Below are positions 26,901 through 37,099 of a stretch of DNA of 64,000 nt, piece by piece. This DNA comes from Heptranchias perlo (Eukaryota). Location of the stretch: contig NW_027139217.1 of assembly GCF_035084215.1 (NCBI RefSeq), positions 62,001-126,000 on the forward strand, given 5' to 3'. Every line of letters starts with the position of its first letter. The first letter of the stretch is position 1. The position numbers and the translations under genes were made by a program. The notes under the pieces were generated by a model. The model was not told the origin of the DNA and made no database searches. It worked only from the letters and a program-made list of their open reading frames with translations.

Positions 26901-28015
26901 GGGGTGCTGGCAGATCCCTTTAACAGAGGCTGCAAAAGGAAACCCGTGTTTCGGGGTTCCCGAGGGGCTCTCCCATTCACCGTCATGGCATTTGGATTCC
27001 ATGGGGGCCCAGTCACCTTCCAAAGGCTCATGGACCAAGTGTTGAGACCCCCATACCCGGGGTGCAGCCTCATATCTGGATGATGCCATTATTTATAGTA
27101 CAGACTGGTGATCCCATTTACCTGGAGGAGAGGCTGGATTACACAGCCTAAGAAAGATTGGGCTCACGGCAAACCCGGCCAAGGGCCACCTGGTGTTGTC
27201 GGAGGCCGACTACCGAGGGTGGGCTGTAGGAGGAGGGGTGGTGAAGTCTCAGGTAAATAGAGTTGAACCTATAAAAGCCTGGCCCCGACCGAGGAATAAG
27301 CAAGTCGGGGCTTTCTTGGGCATCGTTGGTTACTCCTGCCGCTTTATTCCTGCCTTTCTCCCCGAGCCGCGCCCCCCACTTACCGAGCGGAGTAAAGCAG
27401 AGGCACTGAACCTTGTACGGTGGGACCCTGAGGCGGAGACTGCTTTCAGGGACCTGAACCAAACACTGTGAATGATCCTGAGCTCATGGTCCCAGACTTT
27501 AGTCCAAAATTTGTCTTGCAAACCGCTGCCTCCGAGGTGGGTTTGGGGGCCGTCCTCTCTCAAATGGTGAAGGGGGAGGAAATCCTGTGCTCGACCTGAA
27601 CAGAAAGCTGTTGCCCAGGGGGCAGCGACACACTACGGCAGAGAAGGAGTGCCCACCAATTAAATGGGCGGTAGAAACCCTTAAAACACCACCTGTTGGG
27701 GTACCAGCTTCTCCTCGTGACCAATCACGTGCCCCTCAAATGGATGTGGTCCAACAGTGAGAAAAATGCCCGGGTTACCCGGTGGATTTCGTCACTCCAG
27801 CCCGATTGTTTCGAGGTGGAACACCGGGCGGGAGTGGCACACGGTAACTCCGATGCCCTCTCCCGGGAGTATTGCCTCGCGGAGTGAGCAGCCAGAGCCT
27901 AGGGGTCTATGATGGGGGGGAGGATGTGTAAGGGAGGGCCCTGATCCCCAAATAAGGGAGTGGCCCTTTTAAGGAGACCTCCCCATTAAGAGGAAGGGTG
28001 TGGTCCTTTTAATGG
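23905..28015 (+). mobile_element. Gmr1-like Ty3/Gypsy LTR retrotransposon remnant (PR-IN-RT-RH order), decayed
   Basis: Integrase motifs at 24325-25050 and C-terminal GPVNYKVRQP...HVPLLKPW at 26331 come before RT motifs (DLTKGCWQIPL, FGFHGGPVTFQRLMD, YLDD at ~27073) and RNase H (VTNHVPLKWM...HGNSDALSR, 27696..27887); purine tract then TGT at ~27925. Confidence 0.85.
25058..26104. repeat. ~21-bp G-rich minisatellite (GGGAGGGAGGGGCCTCGGTCR)n inside the integrase
   Basis: Visible; shorter counterpart of 149-2785. Confidence 0.97.
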
Positions 28016-28016
28016 G

Positions 28017-28262
28017 AACACCACCACCCGCACGTTCCCCTCCAAATCACACACCATCCCGACTTGGAAATATATCACCGTTCCTTCATCGTCACTGGGT
28101 CAAAATCCTGGAACTCCCTCCCTAACAGCACTGTGGGAGAACCTTCACCACACGGACTGCAGCGGTTCAAGAAGGCGGCTCACCACCACCTTCTCAAGGG
28201 CAATTAAGGATGGGCAATAAATGCCGGCCTCGCCAGCGATGCCCACATCCCATGAATGAATT
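28017..28262 (+). mobile_element. 3' end of the same LINE family as 13510-16180
   Basis: CACACCATCCCGACTTGGAAATATATC...GCCCACATCCCATGA matches the reverse complement of ~13525-13730. Confidence 0.85.
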
Positions 28263-28279
28263 TTTTTTAAAAAGCACGG

Positions 28280-28945
28280 AAGACCATTTGACCCTTCTGC
28301 CTCTGGAAACAGTTTCTCTTTATTTACTCTCTCAAAACCCTTCATGATTTTGAACACCTCTATTAAATCTCCCCTTAACCTTCTCTGCTCGAAGGAGAAC
28401 AACCCCAGCTTCTCCAGTCTCTCCACGTTACTGAAGTCCCTCATCCCTGGAACCATTCCAGTAAATCTCCTCTGCACCCTCTCTGAGGCCTTCACATCCT
28501 TCCTAAAGTGCGGTGCCCAGAATTGGACACAATACTCCAGCTGAGGTCTAACCAGTGTTTTATAAAGGTTTTGGTTGAGGGGTTTATAATGTTCACAGGA
28601 TTCGATAGGGTGAGACGGAGAAACTATTTCCTCTGGTGGGGGAGTCAAGAACGAGGGGACATCATCTTAAAATTAGAGTGAGGTCATTTAGGAGGGAAAT
28701 CAGGAATCCCATTTTCACACAAAGGGAAGTGGAAATCTGGAACTCTCTCCCCCAAAAGGCTGTGGATGTCGGGACAATTGGAGCTTTTAAGACTGCGATT
28801 GATCAGAGTTTTGTTGGGTAACGGGATCAAGGGACACGGAGCAAAGCGGGAAAATGGAGATGAGGTACAGATCAGCCATGATCTGATTGAATGGAGGAGC
28901 AGGCTCGAGGGGCTGAATGGCCTCCTCCTGTTCCTATGTTCTTCT
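28280..28945. mobile_element. Two CR1 fragments (28280-28570 minus; 28575-28945 plus)
   Basis: LVRPQLEYCVQFWAP on minus; SRTRGHHLKI...FTQREVEIWNSLP and 3' UTR on plus. Confidence 0.85.
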
Positions 28946-28969
28946 CTCTGTCACTTTCTGCAACAAACT

Positions 28970-29162
28970 ACTTTCAGTTCCTTGTTTAATGATCAAATCC
29001 TGTTCAGTTCATTCTCCCTGGCAACTGAACATGTACCGAGCAGTATTTCTCTGATTGGACGGTTCAGGATATTTGGACAGTTTATTTTTACACCGACACA
29101 AACTCTCTGGGACTACTCTGGCCGGAGTTTGCTGATTCACAGGCTGCTTTCATTCTGATTGG
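28970..29162 (+). promoter_or_regulatory. MHC class I proximal promoter module: ISRE-like site, X box, Y box, second inverted CCAAT
   Basis: ACTTTCAGTTCC (28970-28981, ISRE-like); CCTGGCAACTGAAC (29017-29030, RFX X-box-like); CTGATTGG (29051-29058) exactly 20 bp after X, the canonical X-Y spacing; second CTGATTGG at 29155-29162. Confidence 0.75.
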
Positions 29163-29208
29163 GCACAAACTGACTGTCGAAGCAAACAACATGGAGGTGA
29201 CTGAGTGA

Positions 29209-30196
29209 GAGGGAGAGACCAGGGGGTACAGTGTTAGCACAGGGACAGAGAGAGGGAGAGACCAGGAGGTACAGTGTTAGCACAGGGACAGAGAGAGGGA
29301 GAGACCAGGAGGTACAGTGTTAGCACAGGGACAGAGAGAGGGAGAGACCAGGAGGTACAGTGTTAGCACAGGGACAGAGAGAGGGAGAGACCAGGAGGTA
29401 CAGTGTTAGCACAGGGACAGAGAGAGGGAGAGACCAGGAGGTACAGTGTGAGCACAGGGACAGAGAGAGGGAGAGACCAGGAGGTACAGTGTTAGCACAG
29501 GGACAGAGAGAGGGAGAGACCAGGAGGTACAGTGTTAGCACAGGGACAGAGAGAGGGAGAGACCAGGAGGTACAGTGTTAGCACAGGGACAGAGAGAGGG
29601 AGAGACCAGGAGGTACAGTGTTAGCACAGGGACAGAGAGAGGGAGAGACCAGGAGGTACAGTGTTAGCACAGGGACAGAGAGAGGGAGAGACCAGGAGGT
29701 ACAGTGTTAGCACAGGGACAGAGAGAGGGAGAGACCAGGAGGTACAGTGTTAGCACAGGGACAGAGAGAGGGCGAGACCAGGAGGTACAGTGTTAGCACA
29801 GGGACAGAGAGAGGGAGAGACCAGGAGGTACAGTGTTAGCACAGGGACAGAGAGAGGGAGAGACCAGGAGGTACAGTGTTAGCACAGGGACAGAGAGAGG
29901 GAGAGACCAGGAGGTACAGTGTTAGCACAGGGACAGAGAGAGGGAGAGACCAGGAGGTACAGTGTTAGCACAGGGACAGAGAGAGGGAGAGACCAGGAGG
30001 TACAGTGTTAGCACAGGGACAGAGAGAGGGCGAGACCAGGAGGTACAGTGTTCGCACAGGGACAGAGGGAGGGAGAGACCAGGAGGTACAGTGTGAGCAC
30101 AGGGACAGAGAGAGGGAGAGACCAGGAGGTACAGTGTTAGCACAGGGACAGAGAGAGGGAGAGACCAGGAGGTACAGTGTTAGCACAGGGACAGAG
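29209..30196. repeat. 43-bp VNTR (~23 copies) between promoter module and ATG
   Basis: Unit ACCAGGAGGTACAGTGTTAGCACAGGGACAGAGAGAGGGAGAG; period 43 (29261, 29304...). Confidence 0.97.
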
Positions 30197-30261
30197 GAGA
30201 CCGTCTCCTGGAAAAGGATTTCCCACAAACTGCTCATCCCAGCCTGTCGAGGGAAGCAGCA

Positions 30262-30310
30262 ATGATTGGACTGATAGTTCTGGTCGTTCTGTGTGGAGGG
30301 GTCTCTGCAG
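30262..30310 (+). CDS. MHC class I heavy chain exon 1 (signal peptide MIGLIVLVVLCGGVSA)
   Basis: GCAATGA start context, hydrophobic leader ending VSA, phase-1 donor G|GTGAGT joining in frame to GSHSLRY. Confidence 0.9.
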
Positions 30311-30349
30311 GTGAGTAATGGGGTCTGAGAGGGGCTCAGTGCCAGGCTG

Positions 30350-30872
30350 GGTCTGTCAGGGGGTGTGTTACCCCAGGCCCTTCTCCCTCAGTCCCTCAGT
30401 GGGTGTGTTACCCCAGGCCCATCTCCCTCAGTCTGTCAGTGGGTGTGTTACCCCAGGCCCCTCTCCCTCAGTCCCTCAGTGGGTGTGTTACCCCAGGCCC
30501 CTCTCCCTCAGTCTGTCAGTGGGTGTGTTACCCCAGGCCCCTCTCGCTCAGTCTGTCAGTGGGTGTGTTACCCCAGGCCCCTCTCCCTCAGTCTGTCAGT
30601 GGGTGTGTTACCCCAGGCCCCTCTCCCTCAGTCTGTCAGTGGGTGTGTTACCCCAGGTACCACTCCCTCAGTCTGTCAGGGGGTGTGTTACCCCCGGCCC
30701 CTCTCCCTCAGTCTGTCAGGGGGTGTGTTACCCCAGGCCCCTCTCCCTCAGTCTGTCAGTGGGTGTGTTACCCCAGGTACCACTCCCTCAGTCTGTCAGG
30801 GGGTGTGTTACCCCCGGCCCCTCTCCCTCAGTCTGTCAGGGGGTGTGATACCCCAGGCCCCTCTCCCTCAGC
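30350..30872. repeat. 40-bp minisatellite in intron 1
   Basis: Unit GGGTGTGTTACCCCAGGCCCCTCTCCCTCAGTCTGTCAGT, ~13 copies. Confidence 0.95.
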
Positions 30873-30883
30873 CTGTGTTGTGT

Positions 30884-31012
30884 TGATGTGGAGATGCCGG
30901 TGATGGACTGGGGTTGACAATTGTAAACAATTTTACAACACCAAGTTATAGTCCAGCAATTTTATTTTAAATTCACAAGCTTTCGGAGACTTCCTCCTTC
31001 CTCAGGTAAATG
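30884..31012 (-). mobile_element. Penelope-like element terminal fragment containing a minimal hammerhead ribozyme motif
   Basis: Minus strand reads ATTTAC-CTGAGGA-A-GGAG-GAAGT-CTCC-GAAA-GCTT-GTGAAT: CUGANGA and GAAA cores, 4-bp stem II, stem I ATTTAC/GTGAAT, palindromic AAGCTT. Confidence 0.65.
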
Positions 31013-31069
31013 TTCAGGGACTCTGTGTTGTGTTGGGGATTATTTACAGGGAGTCTGTGTTATTTTGTT

Positions 31070-31630
31070 GGTTCATGCCCTGATCTCTCTCTCTCTCTCT
31101 CTCTGGGGTTGGTGTTTTGGGGTTGGTGTTTTGGGGTTCATGCCCTGATCTCTCTCTCTCTGGGGTTGGTGTTTTGGGGTTCATGCCCTGATCTCTCTCT
31201 CTCTCTGGGGTTGGTGTTTTGGGGTTCATGCCCTGATCTCTCTCTCTCTGGGGTTGGTGTTTTGGGGTTCATGCCCTGATCTCTCTCTCTCTGGGGTTGG
31301 TGTTTTGGGGTTCATGCCCTGATCTCTCTCTCTGGGGTTGGTGTTTTGGGGTTCATGCCCTGATCTCTCTCTCTCTGGGGTTGGTGTTTTGGGGTTCATG
31401 CCCTGATCTCTCTCTCTCTGGGGTTGGTGTTTTGGGGTTCATGCCCTGATCTCTCTCTCTCTGGGGTTGGTGTTTTGGGGTTCATGCCCTGATCTCTCTC
31501 TCTGGGGTTGGTGTTTTGGGGTTCATGCCCTGATCTCTCTCTCTGGGGTTGGTGTTTTGGGGTTCATGCCCTGATCTCTCTCTCTCTGGGGTTGGTGTTT
31601 TGGGGTTCATGCCCTGATCTCTCTCTCTCT
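31070..31630. repeat. ~40-bp minisatellite abutting the exon 2 acceptor
   Basis: Unit (TC)nTGGGGTTGGTGTTTTGGGGTTCATGCCCTGA; the last (TC)n run forms the polypyrimidine tract before TTTCAG. Confidence 0.95.
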
Positions 31631-31639
31631 GTGTTTCAG

Positions 31640-31900
31640 GCTCTCACTCTCTCCGGTATTTTCTGACCGCAATGACCCCGATCCCTGGTCTGCCGGAGTT
31701 TGTTGCTGTCGGGTATGTGGACGAGGCCCAGTTTGTGATGTACGACAGCAAGCGGAGGGAGTTGATCCCACGGCTGTGGTGGATGGAGGAGAGGGAGGGG
31801 CCCGAGAACTGGGAGCGGAAGAAACAGCTGGTGCGAGGCGAGGAACAGTGGATGAAGGATTATATTCAGATCCTCCTGACCCGGACCAACCAGTCGGTCG
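31640..31900 (+). CDS. MHC class I heavy chain exon 2 (alpha1 domain), shark UAA-like
   Basis: GSHSLRYFLTAMTPIPGLPEFVAVGYVDEAQFVMYDS...EGPENWER...LLTRTNQSVG; TTTCAG acceptor, G|GTGAGT donor, 261 nt, N86 glycosylation site NQS. Confidence 0.95.
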
Positions 31901-31944
31901 GTGAGTTCACTCCCTCCCAACGCACTCGGGCTCTTCCTGCGGAG

Positions 31945-32492
31945 TCAGGGGGCGGAGAGCGGGGTCAGGGAGCGGGGAGCGGGGAGCGGGGTCAGGGAGC
32001 GGGGTCAGGGAGCGGGGAGCGGGGTCAGGGAGCGGGGAGCGGGGTCAGGGAGCGGGGAGCGGGGTCAGGGAGCGGGGAGCGGGGTCAGGGAGCGTGTCGG
32101 GGAGCAGGGTCGGGGCGGGGAGCGGGGTCAGGGGTCGTGGTCGGGGAGCGGGGTCGGGGCGGGGTCAGGGGTCAGGGAGCTGGGGCGGGGAGATGGGTCG
32201 GGGAGTGGGGTCGGGGTGGGGAGCGGCGTCAGGGGGCGGGGAGTGGGGTCAGGGGGCATGGAGTGGGGTCAGGGAGTGAGGTCAGAGGCAGGGAGCGGGG
32301 TCAGGGAGCGGGGTCAGGGGGCGGGTAGTGGGTCAGGGAGCGAGGTCAGGGTGCAGGGAGCGAGGTCAGGGGGCAGGGAGCGGGGTCAGGGGGCGGGGAG
32401 TGGGGTCAGGGGGCATGGAGCGGGGTCAGGGAGCGAGGTCAGGGGGCAGGGAGCGGGGTCAGGGGGCAGGGAGCGGGGTCAGGGGGCGGGGC
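31945..32492. repeat. Irregular G-rich tandem repeat (CGGGGTCAGGGAG...) at the start of intron 2
   Basis: Visible G-run array on the sense strand. Confidence 0.9.
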
Positions 32493-32498
32493 CAGGGG

Positions 32499-32600
32499 TT
32501 GACATGCGATATTCTGACGGTCATGGACTCGGACCAACCAGTCGGGCGGTGAGTCCTCGGCCTCAAACCGCACTCGGGCTGATCCCGGGGTCAGGAGTGG
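32499..32600 (+). pseudogene. Relic 3' end of a second, diverged MHC class I alpha1 exon with its splice donor and intron start
   Basis: GATATTCTGACGGTCATGG-ACTCGGACCAACCAGTCGGGCG|GTGAGT...CGCACTCGGGCT parallels 31861-31932; encodes DILTVM(fs)TRTNQSGG. Confidence 0.85.
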
Positions 32601-32654
32601 GCAGGGCTGCTCCCCCTGGAAGTGAGGAAGTTCCACCCCCTCCCCCACTGTGTG

Positions 32655-35290
32655 ACATAAGAACATAAGAAATAGGAGCAGGAGTAGGCCATCCGGCCCC
32701 TCGAGCCTGCTCCGCCATTCATAGAATCATAGAATTATAGAATCGTAGAAAATTTATGGCACAGAAGGAGGCCATTCGACCCATCGTGTCCGTGCCGGCC
32801 AAAAATGTGCCACCCAGCCGAATCCCACTTTCCAGCACTTGGTCCGTAGCCCTGTAGGTTATGGCACTTCAGGAGCACATCCAGGTACTTTTTAAATGAG
32901 TTGAGGGTTTCTGCCTCTCCCACCCTCTCAGGCGGTGAGTTCCAGACCCCCACCACCCTCTGGGTGAAAAAAATTCACCTCAGCTCCCCTCTAATCCTTC
33001 TACCAATTACTTTAAATCCATGCCCCCTGGGCATTGACCTCTCTGCTAAGGGAAATAGGTCCTTGCCCCTCATAATTTTATACACCGGGGAACATAGGAA
33101 CAGGAGTAGGCCATTCAGCCCCTCGAGCCTGCTCCACCATTTGATAAGATCATGGCTGATCTGTGATCTCACTCCATATACCTGCCTTTGGCCCATATCC
33201 CTTAATACCTTTGGTTGCCAAAAAGCTATCCATCTCAGATTTAAAATTAGCAATTGAGCTAGTATCAATTGCCGTTTGCAAAAGAGAGTTCCAAACTTCT
33301 ACCACCCTTTGTGTGTAGAAATGTTTTCTAATCTCACTCCTGAAAGGTCTGGCTCTAATTTTTAGACTGTGCCCCCGACTCCTAGAATCCCCAACCAGCG
33401 GAAATAGTTTCTCTCTATCCACCCTATCTGTTCCTTTTAATATCTTATAAACTTCGATCAGATCACCCCTTAACCTTCGAAACTCTAGAGAATACAACCC
33501 CAATTTGTGTAATCTCTCCTCGTAACTTAACCCTTGAAGTCCGGGTATCATTCTAGTAAACCTACGCTGCACTGCCTCCAAGGCCAATATGTCCTTCCGA
33601 AGGTGCGGTGCCCAGAACTGCTCACAGTACCTCAATTAAATCTCCCCTCAGCCTCCTTTGTTCAAAAGAAAACAACCCCAGCCCATCCAATCTTTCCTCA
33701 TAGCTAAAATTCTCCAGTCCTGGCAACATCCTCGCAAATCTCCTCTGTACCCTCTCTAGTGCAATCACATCTTTCCTGTAATGTGGTGACCAGAACTGTA
33801 CACAGTACTCAAGCTGTGGCCTAACCAATGTTTTATACAGTTCCAGCATAACCTCCCTGCACTTATATTCGATGCCTTGGCCCAATAAAGGAAAGTATTC
33901 CATCTGCCTTCTTAACCACCTTATCTGTCCTGCTACCTCGGGGATCTGTGGACATGCACTCCAAGGTCCCTCTCTTCCTCGACACCTCTCAGTATCCTCC
34001 CATTTATTGTGTGCTCCCTTGCCTTGTTTGCCCTCCCCAAAGGCACTACCTCACACTTCTCTGGATTGAATTCCATTTGTCACTTTTCTGCCCACCTGAC
34101 CAGTCCATTGATATCTTCCTGCAGTCTACAGCTTTCCTCCTCACTATCAACCGCACGGTCAATTTTTGTATCATCTGCAAACTTCTTAATCATGGCCCTA
34201 CATTTAAGTCCAAATCATTAATATATATCAAAAAAAGCAAGAGACCCAGTATCGAGCCTTGTGGAACCCCACTGGAAACAGCCTTCCAGTCACAAAAACA
34301 CCCGTCGACCATTTCCCTTTGCTTCCTGCCACTGAGCCAATTTTGGATACAATTTGCCACTTTCCCTTGGATCCCATGAGCTTGTACTTTTTTGACCAGT
34401 CTGCCATGTGGGACCTTGTCAAAAGCCTTGCTAAAATCCATGTATTCTACATCAAACGCACTACCCTCATCGACCCTCCTTGTTACCTCCTCAAAAAATT
34501 CAATCAAGTTGGTCAGACATGACCTTCCCTTAACAAATCCATGCTGACTGTCCTTGATTACTCCGTGCCTTTCTAAGTGACGGTTTATCCTGTCCCTCAC
34601 AATTGATACCAATAATTTGCCCACCACTGAGGTTAGACTGACTGGCCTATAATTACTCGGTCTCTCTCTTTCTCCCTTTTTAAACAACAGTAGAACGTTA
34701 GCAGTCCTCCAATCCTCCGGCATCACGCCTGTATCCAGGGAGGATTGGAAAATGATGGTCAGAGCCTCCGCTATTTCCTCTCTTGCTTCTTTCAACAACC
34801 TGGGATACATTTCATCCGGGCCTGGTGATTTGTTTACTTTCAAAGATGCTAATCCCCTTAATATTTCCTCTCTCACTGTTTATCCCATCCAATATTTCAC
34901 ACTCCTCCTCCTTAACTACAATCTCTGCATCGTCCCTCTCCTTTGTGAAGACAGACGCAAAGTATTCATTAAGAACCAAACCCACATCTTCCCCCTCCAC
35001 ACACAGGTTACCTTTTTGGTCTCAATCAGATCATGACTGATCTTCGACCTCAACTCCACTTTGCCGCCCGATCCCAATATCCCTTGTTTCCATCCCAGCC
35101 TTGAATATATTCAATGACTGACCATCCACAGCTCTCTGGGGGAGAGAATTCCAAAGATTCACAGCCCTCTGAGTGAAGAAATTCCTCCTCATCTCAGTCT
35201 TGAATGGCCGACCCCGAATCCTGCGACAATGCCCCCGAGTTCTAGACTCTCACAGGGGAAACAATCTCTCAGCATCTACACTGTCAAACT
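32655..35290 (-). mobile_element. Cluster of nested CR1 LINE fragments in intron 2
   Basis: Several 3' tails (32655, 32720, 33090, 35020) and RT ORFs 33150..33635, 33622..33903, 34190..34876 (DFSKAFDKVPH, GVPQGS). Confidence 0.9.
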
Positions 35291-35317
35291 CCCTCTACTA
35301 CCCACCCCCCCCGCAGC

Positions 35318-36846
35318 CCGTGTCTCTCTATTCCCCCTGTGTCTCTCTATTCCCCCCCGTGTCTCTCTATTCCCCCCCCGTGTCTCTCTATTCCCCCCCG
35401 TGTCTCTGTATTCCCCCCCCCGTGTCTCTCTATTCCCCCCCCGTGTCTCTCGATTCCCCCCCCTGTGTCTCTGTATTCCCCCCCCGTGTCTCTGTATTCC
35501 CCCCCCGTGTCTCTCTATTCCCCCCCCGTGTCTCTCTATTCCCCCCCGTGTCTCTCTATTCCCCCCCCGTGTCTTTCTATTCCCCCCCTGTGTCTCTCTA
35601 TTCCCCCCCACCCCGTGTCTCTCTATTCCCCCCCCGTGTCTCTCTATTCCCCCCCCGTGTCTCTCTATTCCCCCCCCGTGTCTCTGTATTCCCCCCCCGT
35701 GTCTCTCTATTCCTCCCCCGTGTCTCTCTATTCCCCCCCCCGTGTCTCTCTATTCCCCCCCCGTGTCTCTCTATTCCCCCCCCGTGTCTCTCTATTCCCC
35801 CCCCCCGTGTCTCTCTATCCCCCCCCGTGTCTCTCTATTCCCCCCCCGTGTCTCTCTATTCCCCCCCCGTGTCTCTCTATTCCCCCCCCGTGTCTCTCTA
35901 TTCCCCCCCCCGTGTCTCTCTATTCCCCCCCCCGTGTCTCTCTATTCCCCCCCCGTGTCTCTCTATTCCCCCCCCGTGTCTCTCTATTCCCCCCCCGTGT
36001 CTCTCTATTCCCCCCCACCCCGTGTCTCTCTATTCCCCCCCACCCCGTGTCTCTCTATTCCCCCCCCGTGTCTCTCTATTCCCCCCCCGTGTCTCTCTAT
36101 TCCCCCCCGTGTCTCTCTATTCCCCCCCCCGTGTCTCTCTATTCCCCCCCACCCCGTGTCTCTCTATTCCCCCCCACCCCGTGTCTCTCTATTCCCCCCC
36201 ACCCCGTGTCTCTCTATTCCCCCCCCGTGTCTCTCTATTCCCCCCCCGTGTCTCTCTATTCCCCCCCCGTGTCTCTCTATTCCCCCCCCGTGTCTCTCTA
36301 TTCCCCCCCACCCCGTGTCTCTCCATTCCCCCCACCCCGTGTCTCTCTATTCCCCCCCCCGTGTCTCTCTATTCCCCCCCGTGTCTCTCTATTCCCCCCC
36401 CGTGTCTCTCTATTCCCCCCCGTGTCTCTCTATTCCCCCCCCCGTGTCTCTCTATTCCCCACCCCGTGTCTCTCTATTCCCCCCCACCCCGTGTCTCTCT
36501 ATTCCCCCCCCGTGTCTCTCTATTCCCCCCGTGTCTCTCTATTCCCCCCCGTGTCTCTCTATTCCCCCCGTGTCTCTCTATTCCATCCCCGTGTCTCTCT
36601 ATTCCCCCCCCCGTGTCTCTCTATTCCTCCCCGTGTCTCTCTATTCCCCCCCCCCGTGTCTCTCTATTCCCCCCCCGTGTCTCTCTATTCCCCCCCCGTG
36701 TCTCTCTATTCCCCCCCCGTGTCTCTCTATTCCCCCCCCGTGTCTCTCTATTCCCCCCCGTGTCTCTCTATTCCCCCCCCGTGTCTCTCTATTCCCCCCC
36801 CGTGTCTCTCTATTCCCCCCCGTGTCTCTCTATTCCCCCACCCCGT
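35318..36846. repeat. ~21-bp C-rich minisatellite (CCCCCCCGTGTCTCTCTATTC)n
   Basis: Visible array with variable C-run length; source of the spurious 540-620 aa ORFs. Confidence 0.97.
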
Positions 36847-37095
36847 GAAGTTAAGAAACACTTCGACACTCAAAGGGTGGGAGAAGTTTGGAACTCTCCT
36901 CCGCAAATGGCAGTTGGTGCGAGCTCAATTCGTAATTTTAAATCTGAGATTGATAGATTTTTGTTCACCAAAGATATTAAGGGATGTGGGGCTAAGGCGG
37001 GGAAATGGACTGAGGTCACAGATCAACCATGATCTCATCGAATGGCGGAACAGGCTCGAGGGGCCAAATGGCCTCGTCCTGTTCCTTTGTTCCTG
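36846..37095 (+). mobile_element. CR1 3' end fragment
   Basis: KKHFDTQRVGEVWNS...FKSEIDRFL and CR1 3' UTR. Confidence 0.85.
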
Positions 37096-37099
37096 TAAT

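Noticed and set aside
31070-31630. TTTTGGGG/TTGGGG telomere-like motifs
   Set aside because: Embedded in a ~40-bp unit and not the vertebrate TTAGGG repeat; coincidental.
31672-32328. 218-aa ORF extending alpha1 into a Gly-rich tail
   Set aside because: Read-through of the exon 2 donor into a G-rich intronic repeat; the spliced model explains the real coding part.
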